64,000 nucleotides of DNA, taken from assembly GCA_903825255.1 (NCBI GenBank), contig CAIJZZ010000070.1:8767-72766 (forward strand). The letters run 5' to 3'. The position numbers and the translations under genes are program-made. Within the stretch, counting starts at the first letter, position 1, and every line of letters begins with the position of its first letter. Source of the DNA: an uncultured bacterium (GTDB lineage Bacteria > Patescibacteriota > Minisyncoccia > Phycocordibacterales > UBA9973). Below the pieces are notes generated by a model, which did no database searches, was not told the origin of the DNA, and saw only the letters and a program-made list of their open reading frames with translations. Below, piece after piece: positions 1-7,193 of this stretch.

Positions 1-62
1 TAGTTCAATCTATTCCTGTTCCTGTAAAAAATAAGAAAATAAAAATTAAAAAAATAGTAATA

Positions 63-941
63 ATGATATTAATTTTATTAATTTCTTATAATTTTTTTAC
101 AAAAATTTTACCAATTTTACTGTTGGATTTTCCTGTATCAGAAAAGTGTATGGAGTCAGATATTCTCACATATGACCAAAATAACTCTGATTCAATAAAA
201 TACGTACAGTGTATTAGGGGTTATTCAGAAACAAAATTATCAGGTAATGGTTATGATTTACATACTCAAACAACCAGTGGCTATGTTGTATCAAATAAAG
301 AAGGAAATGATATTAAAAATATTTTATTAAAAACATATGGCACAGGAGATTTTTACAATCCAGTTGATGTTTATTTTATTGATAAAGGATTGTTTGTTTT
401 AAAAAATAATAAAAAAATATATAGTCTATATAGTTTTAAAAATGGTAGTTTAGAAAAACTCAGAGACGTTTCTTTTTATGTTAATAATATTATAGCTTAT
501 GATAATAATGAGTTATATTACAATAGTGATAAGGAAAAAGATAATACCTTAATTTATAGAGAAAATTTATTAACAGGCGAATCTTCACAAGTAGCAAACT
601 TAGATTATCTAAAAAGAGATAAGCTTTATAATCTGTTGTATTTTGTTAAAACCTTCAAAAAAAATAATTATATGATGATGACATTTGCTATAGTTGACAC
701 TGATGGAATAAATGATGATGATTATTCTTTAAACTTAGATACAGATAAATTAATAAAAACAAAAACTGAGCTTAGAATATATGCAAATAATGAATCATAT
801 TATGGTGTTCCACCCATGGCTACACTTTCTGTTGCCAATGGGAAGACAGCAGCATCTTATGGGTTAGATTATAATTTTAATGAAAATATGGATTTAGAAA
901 CTTCTATAATGCTTTCTTTAAAAAAGAATTTTATTAGATAA
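63..941 (+). CDS. hypothetical protein with hydrophobic N-terminus
   Basis: 292-aa ATG ORF. The N-terminus MILILLISYNFFTKILPILLL is hydrophobic. The body is Asn/Tyr/Asp-rich with no motif I can name. Confidence 0.5.
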   Translation: MILILLISYNFFTKILPILLLDFPVSEKCMESDILTYDQNNSDSIKYVQCIRGYSETKLSGNGYDLHTQTTSGYVVSNKEGNDIKNILLKTYGTGDFYNPVDVYFIDKGLFVLKNNKKIYSLYSFKNGSLEKLRDVSFYVNNIIAYDNNELYYNSDKEKDNTLIYRENLLTGESSQVANLDYLKRDKLYNLLYFVKTFKKNNYMMMTFAIVDTDGINDDDYSLNLDTDKLIKTKTELRIYANNESYYGVPPMATLSVANGKTAASYGLDYNFNENMDLETSIMLSLKKNFIR

Positions 942-993
942 GTATCTTCAATATAAAGATTATTTTTTTATTTAACATATAAATTCAAACTCA

Positions 994-1011
994 TGATACA
1001 ATACATTCATG
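994..1011 (+). promoter_or_regulatory. extended -10 promoter placed for a leaderless transcript
   Basis: TGaTACAAT (994-1002), then 6 nt, then ATG at 1009. No Shine-Dalgarno sequence is present. Confidence 0.55.
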
Positions 1012-1563
1012 GAAGAATTACCTAAACAAAATAAACCTTGGCAATTAATAGTAGCTTATACAGTAATAACTATTTGTTTTTTTAGTTCTTTTTATAAAGT
1101 AATTTACCCACCTATTAGTAAATGGAGAGAAAATACTATAAAAGTAAATAAATTAGAAAACATAAAAGAAGCTAAGAATTCTGTTGAATCAATTACAGTA
1201 AAGTATCAAACACAATATAATGCAAAAGATGTAATATTTATTATGAATTATAAAAATCCAATAATAACCAATCTGCCTCATCCGCAGACTTTTATTTCTT
1301 TTGGTCTAGATGGAGAAATTAAAAAAAATCAAATAGTACTTTGGTTTAACGATGACAACATTTCTCATAGAATTAAAATAGAAGCACCACAAAGCAATGA
1401 TTATGTTAAGGCAGATGCTGTAAAAAGTGGAGAGTTCCCAATTGAAAGCCCCGATATTCCTCCCGGAGGTGTATTTTTTACTTCTTTTAAGGAAGGCGGT
1501 ATATATAATTATTATTGTTCTATTCATCCTCAAGAAAAGGGTGGATTTATTGTGTTTAACTGA
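1009..1563 (+). CDS. membrane-anchored cupredoxin-like protein
   Basis: N-terminal TM segment (WQLIVAYTVITICFFSSF). The C-terminal GIYNYYCSIHPQEKGGFIVF matches the cupredoxin Cys-x-x-His ligand loop. A candidate upstream His lies in NISHRIKIE. Confidence 0.6.
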   Translation: MEELPKQNKPWQLIVAYTVITICFFSSFYKVIYPPISKWRENTIKVNKLENIKEAKNSVESITVKYQTQYNAKDVIFIMNYKNPIITNLPHPQTFISFGLDGEIKKNQIVLWFNDDNISHRIKIEAPQSNDYVKADAVKSGEFPIESPDIPPGGVFFTSFKEGGIYNYYCSIHPQEKGGFIVFN

Positions 1564-1598
1564 AAATATTTATAATTACTTTTTAATGATTTTTAATA

Positions 1599-1613
1599 TA
1601 TAATTAAATTATG
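1599..1613 (+). promoter_or_regulatory. -10 box placed for a leaderless transcript
   Basis: TATAAT (1599-1604), then 6 nt, then ATG at 1611. Confidence 0.5.
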
Positions 1614-2096
1614 TCCTTAAATGAATTGACTAAATACGTTAAAAACTCTCTCTCAACAGGAAAAACTGAAGAGCAAATAAAAAGTGCTATTAGGCAACAA
1701 GGGGGTTGGACTGAACAAGACATAGAAAAAGCTTTTTCATTTAATTTACATAAAGATAGTTATTGGCCACTTTTTATTCCAATAATTCAAGTTGTAATAT
1801 CAGTTTTTTCTTTTATTTTTGGGCTTGGGCTTTGTGGTTTTCCAGGGGACAGTGAATCTTCAACTTGTTACTTATCAAATTATCTTGTTGTGTTTTGCTT
1901 TATCATTTTTGTTGTTTTATCTTTTTATTCCTTTAATTTTTTTAAAAAATCAGGGTATAAAACAAAATATTTAATAGCTTTTATAGTTAGTTTAATTATT
2001 CCAACTTTTTTAGTTCTAAGTGGAATTTTAATGTCGAGTTTTCAACAACAACAAGCAACAGACTATACTAGCTCTAGAAATGTGATTCTTCCTTAA
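1611..2096 (+). CDS. multi-pass membrane protein with small soluble N-terminal domain
   Basis: 161-aa ORF. It has a charged N-terminal ~45 aa followed by 3-4 hydrophobic helices (WPLFIPIIQVVISVFSFIFGLGL, LVVFCFIIFVVLSFYSF, LIAFIVSLIIPTFLVLSGIL). Confidence 0.5.
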   Translation: MSLNELTKYVKNSLSTGKTEEQIKSAIRQQGGWTEQDIEKAFSFNLHKDSYWPLFIPIIQVVISVFSFIFGLGLCGFPGDSESSTCYLSNYLVVFCFIIFVVLSFYSFNFFKKSGYKTKYLIAFIVSLIIPTFLVLSGILMSSFQQQQATDYTSSRNVILP

Positions 2097-2172
2097 ATTA
2101 TAATAAGATATCTTTATCTTCTAATGTTCTTATTAGAACATGCTTCTAGGCGTGGATTATAAAAACTTAAAC

Positions 2173-2233
2173 AATAGTTTTACAAGGCTCTTGGGTAATT
2201 TCTTTTAAACATAAAGTTCGAAGTTCATAGAGT
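2173..2233 (+). repeat. conserved ~60-nt upstream motif, copy 1 (upstream of ccdA)
   Basis: AATAGTTTTACAAGGCTCTTGGGTAATTTCTTTTAAACATAAAGTTCGAAGTTCATAGAGT matches 4271-4331 at roughly 85 percent identity. Confidence 0.7.
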
Positions 2234-2305
2234 ATTGGATCCTGCGATTTTTAGCCTTGTTTTACAAGGATAATTTTATGCTACCTATAATGGGAATTTA
2301 ACTGA

Positions 2306-2320
2306 TATAATTATCTTATG
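2306..2320 (+). promoter_or_regulatory. -10 box placed for a leaderless transcript
   Basis: TATAAT (2306-2311), then 6 nt, then ATG at 2318. Confidence 0.5.
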
Positions 2321-3103
2321 GAAAATATAAATACAGATTATAAACAAAAAAGGGATTGGAGTATTTTTATCAGTAGTGTATTTTTTGTACTTGGTTTTTC
2401 GGTTGTGTTTTCTATTGTTGGAGTTTTATTACAAACAGTTTTGTCGCATTCGGGACAAACTGCTCAAGTTTGGTTAGGTAGAATTGGCGGAGTTATTATT
2501 ATTCTTTTTGGATTATTTTTATTAAAACTTTTTACTCCAAGCTTTTTAGAACAAAATCACGTTTTTGCGGTAAAAAGAAAATTCAAATCATATTATTTAA
2601 CCTCTTTTGTTTTTGGAGCAGCTTTTGCGGTAGGTTGGACACCCTGTGTAACTGCAGCACTTGGAGCTATTTTAGCGTTAGCTACTACTCAAGCGGGAAG
2701 TGCCTTTTTACTTTTATTTTTTTATACCTTAGGTATTGGCATTCCTTTTCTCTTAGTAGGTCTTTTTACTAATCAAGCACAACACCTAATAGACAGAGCA
2801 GGAAAATGGGTTTTATATTTTCAATATGTTTTTGGAGCCTTATTAATTGTAATAGGAATTTTAATTTTTACCGGTGAACTTAGTAAAATTGCTAATTTTC
2901 AATTTTTAACAAACATATTAACATCCTTAAATGTGGGTACGAGTGCTGGGGCTAATATTAATTCACTTACAATTGTGAATATATTTATTGCTTTTGTTGC
3001 CGGTCTTGGATCATTCTTGAGTCCCTGCTTGTTGCCAATTATCCCAGGTTTTTTATCTTACTTAGCTTCGACGGCAGTTAATACAAAAAAACAAAATGAA
3101 TAA
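2318..3103 (+). CDS. ccdA: CcdA/DsbD-family thiol-disulfide electron transporter
   Basis: Polytopic membrane protein with the two family Cys motifs: GWTPCVTAALGAIL, and FLSPCLLPIIPGF near the C-terminus. Confidence 0.85.
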   Translation: MENINTDYKQKRDWSIFISSVFFVLGFSVVFSIVGVLLQTVLSHSGQTAQVWLGRIGGVIIILFGLFLLKLFTPSFLEQNHVFAVKRKFKSYYLTSFVFGAAFAVGWTPCVTAALGAILALATTQAGSAFLLLFFYTLGIGIPFLLVGLFTNQAQHLIDRAGKWVLYFQYVFGALLIVIGILIFTGELSKIANFQFLTNILTSLNVGTSAGANINSLTIVNIFIAFVAGLGSFLSPCLLPIIPGFLSYLASTAVNTKKQNE

Positions 3104-4268
3104 ATCAACTAAAAATATTGTTCTAGCCATTGTTGTTTGTTTAATTGTTATATCTATTTGGTATTTGGAATCAAAAAAGCCACAAATAAATTCCACTAGC
3201 TCGGATATTATTTTAAATAATATTATTAATAACGAAAATACAACTTCAACACCGAATACAAATATAAAAAATACAACTAAAAATACCAAAACAACACAAA
3301 ACATAATTTCAGATAGAACTGTTATTAGAACCCAAAAAGCAAAAGAATATCCTAGGGCTAAAGAACTATCCGATCCACAAGGTTTTATCAATACATCACC
3401 ATTTAAATTAGCTGATATCGTTGGAAAAAAGGTTGTACTAGTAGATTTTTGGACTTACAGTTGTATTAATTGCGTGCGAACTATCCCGTATTTAAATGCT
3501 TGGTATCAAAAATATAAAGACTTAGGTTTAGAAATTGTAGGTGTGCATACTCCTGAATTTGATTTTGAAAAAGATTATAATAACGTTTCAAAGGCCGTAC
3601 AACAATTAGGTATTAAGTACCCAGTTGTTCTCGATAGTAACCAAGGTACTTGGAATGCTTATCAAAATCTTTATTGGCCACATGAGTATTTAATAGATAT
3701 CGATGGTTTTATTGTTCACGATAAAATAGGCGAAGGTTCTTATGGTGAAACTGAAAAGAATATTCAAAAAGCATTACAAGAAAGAAATTTAACTTTAGGA
3801 ATTACAACCCCGATTCCAAATTCAATAGTAAATCCTCTCGATGTGATCACTATGGATCAATCAAAAGTTGAAAGTCCTGAAACCTATTTTGGTTCTACTA
3901 GAAATGAATATCTAGGGAATGGCCAAAAAAGTGTTTCTGGACTTCAAACGCTTTCAATTCCAAATGATATTCAATCAGATACTCTTTATCTTGATGGTAC
4001 TTGGAGTTTTCAAGATCAATATGCAGAAAATACTAGCAGTACTGCTAAAATTACATATAAATACAGTGCTAAGAATGTTTACTTTGTGGCAAGTTCAAAA
4101 AATGGAGTACCGATAAAAATATTTCAAGATGGAAAATTAATTAACACTATTACGATAAAAGACAATAAGCTCTACCCCCTTATTCAAGGAACTGATTATG
4201 GGGCACACACTTTACAAATAGAAGTTGATGGGGCTGGCTTGCAAGCTTTTACTTTCACTTTTGGTTAA
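3096..4268 (+). CDS. membrane-anchored thioredoxin-fold oxidoreductase (DipZ C-terminal type)
   Basis: N-terminal TM, then an Asn/Thr-rich linker, then the redoxin core VVLVDFWTYSCINCVRTIPYL (CxxC) and a beta-rich C-terminal extension. The start overlaps the ccdA stop by 8 nt. Confidence 0.8.
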   Translation: MNKSTKNIVLAIVVCLIVISIWYLESKKPQINSTSSDIILNNIINNENTTSTPNTNIKNTTKNTKTTQNIISDRTVIRTQKAKEYPRAKELSDPQGFINTSPFKLADIVGKKVVLVDFWTYSCINCVRTIPYLNAWYQKYKDLGLEIVGVHTPEFDFEKDYNNVSKAVQQLGIKYPVVLDSNQGTWNAYQNLYWPHEYLIDIDGFIVHDKIGEGSYGETEKNIQKALQERNLTLGITTPIPNSIVNPLDVITMDQSKVESPETYFGSTRNEYLGNGQKSVSGLQTLSIPNDIQSDTLYLDGTWSFQDQYAENTSSTAKITYKYSAKNVYFVASSKNGVPIKIFQDGKLINTITIKDNKLYPLIQGTDYGAHTLQIEVDGAGLQAFTFTFG

Positions 4269-4270
4269 AA

Positions 4271-4331
4271 AATAGTGTTATAAGGCTCTCGGGTAATTTC
4301 TTTTAAACACTTGGTTCGAAGTTCATAGGGT
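4271..4331 (+). repeat. conserved ~60-nt upstream motif, copy 2 (upstream of msrA)
   Basis: AATAGTGTTATAAGGCTCTCGGGTAATTTCTTTTAAACACTTGGTTCGAAGTTCATAGGGT is the second copy of the 2173-2233 motif. Confidence 0.7.
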
Positions 4332-4359
4332 GTAGAATTTCAAATTAAAATTTAATTGA

Positions 4360-4374
4360 TATAATATATATATG
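4360..4374 (+). promoter_or_regulatory. -10 box placed for a leaderless transcript
   Basis: TATAAT (4360-4365), then 6 nt, then ATG at 4372. The TA-rich run makes the exact register ambiguous. Confidence 0.45.
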
Positions 4375-4859
4375 ACTAAAAAAATTGTATTAGCAGGAGG
4401 CTGTTTTTGGGGACTTCAAGATCTAATGAGGAGTCAACCTGGAGTCGTTAAAACTGTGGTTGGTTATACGGGTGGAAAAGTAGAAAATCCAACTTATGAA
4501 AATCATGAAGGTCACGCGGAAGCAGTAGAAATAGAATATGATACTGAAAAAACTTCTTATAAAAAAATGTTGGATTTTTTCTTTCAAATTCATAACCCAA
4601 CAACTTTAAATCAGCAAGGCAATGATAAAGGAACGTCATATCGTTCGGCAATATTTTATGGTAATGAAGAAGAAAAAAAGAAGCTGAAAATTTTATAAAA
4701 ATTGTGAATGATTCTAAGCGCTGGAAAGATCCTGTGGTTACAAGTTTAGAACCCTTAGGGAAATTTTATTTAGCCGAAGATTATCATCAAGATTATTTAC
4801 AAAAAAACCCTGGAGGTTATACTTGTCACGCTATTTATTTCGATAGTTATTTAAAATAA
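4372..4859 (+). pseudogene. msrA: peptide-methionine (S)-S-oxide reductase MsrA, reading frame interrupted at an A7 run
   Basis: The N-terminal part (GGCFWG motif) runs 4372-4698. The C-terminal part ([22 protein letters not shown]) continues in the -1 frame to the TAA at 4857-4859. The frames can only be joined within 4668-4695, around A7 at 4673-4679. Confidence 0.8.
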
Positions 4860-4949
4860 TTATTTTTTAAAAAATAACTTTTTAAATTGTTTATTAGTTT
4901 TTTAGAATTTATTTTTAATAAAACAAAAAATTTGTTACAATACTCGCTT

Positions 4950-6224
4950 ATGATGAATAAAATTAAAAGAACTTTTTTTTCACTTAAAATAAGAAATTAT
5001 AGACTTTATTTTATTGGTCAGGCTATTTCTATGTCTGGCACTTGGATTCAGACGATTGCTCAGGATTGGTTGGTCCTACAATTAACCCATTCAGGAACTC
5101 AGCTTGGTATTGTTTCCGCTTTTCAATTTTTACCAGTGCTTATCATTGGTCCATGGGGTGGGGTGATTGCTGATAGATTTTCAAAAAGAAAAATTTTATA
5201 TTTTACTCAAAGTATTTATAGTATTTTAGCTTTAATATTAGGTAGTCTTGTTTTGACCAATAGTGTTCAGATTTATGAGATTTATATTTTAGCTTTAGTG
5301 CTTGGTTTTGTTAATGTGGTTAATAGTCCGACTATCCAAACATTTATTCCGGAGATGGTAGGTAGAGAAAATTTACAAAATGCAGTTTCTTTAAATACGA
5401 CAGAAGTTAATTTAGCCAGAGCCGCCGGTCCAGCCTTGGCAGGTTTTTTGATTCTTTTTGTTGGTATTGGTTGGTGTTTTATTATTAATGGAATTTCTTA
5501 TATTGCGGTAATGACTGCTTTTTATATGATGCGAGAAAAGGAATTACATTTAACTCCAATTGTTCAAAAAAGGAAAGGGCAATTGATTGAGGGCTTGCGT
5601 TATGTTCGTTCAAATCCAATTCTTTTTAATACGATTTTAATGATGGCTATTATTGGAACTCTTTCATATGAATTTTCTGTGATACTACCATTAATCGCTC
5701 AATATACTTTTTATAGTAATGCTGGAAGTTATGCAGCACTCGTGACTGCTACAGGGCTCGGGGCAGTGCTAGGTGGATTGTTTGCTGCTAGTCGAAAAAA
5801 AATATCACCAGATATGCTTATTATTTCTGCTTTTGGTTTTGGTGTATCTTTAACTATTGCTTCTTTTATGCCGACTCTTCCACTAATGATTATTGTTATG
5901 TTTTTTTCTGGAATTTTTTCTATAAATTTTATTTCTTTAGGGAATATAACTTTGCAAACAGAAAGCAAACCAGAAATGCGGGGGAGGGTCATGGCCCTTT
6001 GGGCTGTAGCTTTTTTGGGTTCTACACCAATCGGGGCGCCGATCATAGGCTGGATTGGACAGAATATCGGGCCACGTTATGGACTTGCCTTGGGAGGTAT
6101 GGCGGCAATAGTGGCAGCGATGATTGGAAAATTTTCTATTGTTCGTAAAAATGAAATACATATTGTTTCTAGTGAAGAAAAAATATTAGAAAATGAAATA
6201 GAAAAACAAATAAGTTTGAAATAG
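4950..6224 (+). CDS. MFS transporter (EntS/MFS_3-like)
   Basis: 12-TM-like profile. The N-terminus RNYRLYFIGQAISMSGTWIQ and GPWGGVIADRFSKRK are typical of this MFS subgroup. I prefer the ATG at 4950 over the TTG at 4887. Confidence 0.85.
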   Translation: MMNKIKRTFFSLKIRNYRLYFIGQAISMSGTWIQTIAQDWLVLQLTHSGTQLGIVSAFQFLPVLIIGPWGGVIADRFSKRKILYFTQSIYSILALILGSLVLTNSVQIYEIYILALVLGFVNVVNSPTIQTFIPEMVGRENLQNAVSLNTTEVNLARAAGPALAGFLILFVGIGWCFIINGISYIAVMTAFYMMREKELHLTPIVQKRKGQLIEGLRYVRSNPILFNTILMMAIIGTLSYEFSVILPLIAQYTFYSNAGSYAALVTATGLGAVLGGLFAASRKKISPDMLIISAFGFGVSLTIASFMPTLPLMIIVMFFSGIFSINFISLGNITLQTESKPEMRGRVMALWAVAFLGSTPIGAPIIGWIGQNIGPRYGLALGGMAAIVAAMIGKFSIVRKNEIHIVSSEEKILENEIEKQISLK

Positions 6225-6240
6225 AATTTAATTAAAATCT

Positions 6241-6278
6241 TTGACAATAAGATTTCTTTGTGTTATCATAAGAGTATG
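6241..6278 (+). promoter_or_regulatory. sigma70-like promoter placed for a leaderless transcript
   Basis: TTGACA (6241-6246), 17-nt spacer, TATCAT (6264-6269), 6 nt, then ATG at 6276. Confidence 0.6.
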
Positions 6279-7148
6279 AAAGGTTTTGTTTTAAATATAT
6301 TTAAAAAGATAGATAAAAAATTAGCGCGAAAAGCGCTAAAGTTTTTTTTAGGCGGAATAACCCTTATTTTTCTAGTTTTTTTAGGCGTATTTATCGCTAT
6401 GCAATTGAATCTTACCCAAGTGGAGGGAAGTGTGGATACTAAAAGTAATTTATATAATTCAATCCAAGATGTTTTTACTCGTAAAGAACAAGTTGCTAAG
6501 ACACCAGATTGGGCCAAGACTGATGATTGGACTGTGATCAGAAGAGGTCTCACTAAAGATAAAGCATTAATAGAAAAAGCGAGCAATGTTTCTGGTGTGC
6601 CTGTCCGAACAATTCTTGCTCCTATCGTAGTAGAACAATTTCGTTATTTTGGATCAAATCGGGAACTTTTAAAAAAATTATTTTTACCACTTCAAGCTCT
6701 CGGGAACAGTGTTAAATTTTCTTATGGGATAGCTGGAGTCAAAATCGCAACCGCACAACAAATTGAAGCAAATTTAAAAGATTCTACCAGTCCATATTAT
6801 TTAGGTAGTGAATATGAACATCTTTTAGATTTCAAAACTAAAAATAGAGATAGTGAAAGAATGGCTCGTTTGACGGATGATAAAAATCATTATTATTCAT
6901 ATCTTTACACAGCTCTATTTATAAAAGAGATACAGACACAATGGGAAAATGCTGGTTACCCAATATCAAATCGTCCAGAAATATCGGCCACTATTTTTAA
7001 TTTAGGTTTTAAACATTCAGAGCCCAAAGAAAATCCAGAGGTTGGTGGATCAGATATTATAGTAAACGGTAAGACTTATACCTTCGGTGGTTTAGCTTAT
7101 CAATTTTTCTATTCAAATGAACTCGGAAAAACATTTCCAATTAATTAA
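6276..7148 (+). CDS. hypothetical membrane-anchored protein
   Basis: ATG at 6276 (MKGFVLNIF...). One TM segment (FLGGITLIFLVFLGVFIAMQL) is followed by a soluble domain with no motif I recognise. Confidence 0.55.
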   Translation: MKGFVLNIFKKIDKKLARKALKFFLGGITLIFLVFLGVFIAMQLNLTQVEGSVDTKSNLYNSIQDVFTRKEQVAKTPDWAKTDDWTVIRRGLTKDKALIEKASNVSGVPVRTILAPIVVEQFRYFGSNRELLKKLFLPLQALGNSVKFSYGIAGVKIATAQQIEANLKDSTSPYYLGSEYEHLLDFKTKNRDSERMARLTDDKNHYYSYLYTALFIKEIQTQWENAGYPISNRPEISATIFNLGFKHSEPKENPEVGGSDIIVNGKTYTFGGLAYQFFYSNELGKTFPIN

Positions 7149-7155
7149 ATATTTT

Positions 7156-7193
7156 TTGTGTATTAACTATTTTCTTAGTATAATTCATTTATG
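7156..7193 (+). promoter_or_regulatory. promoter placed for a leaderless transcript
   Basis: TTGTGT (7156-7161), 17-nt spacer, TATAAT (7179-7184), 6 nt, then ATG at 7191. Confidence 0.55.
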
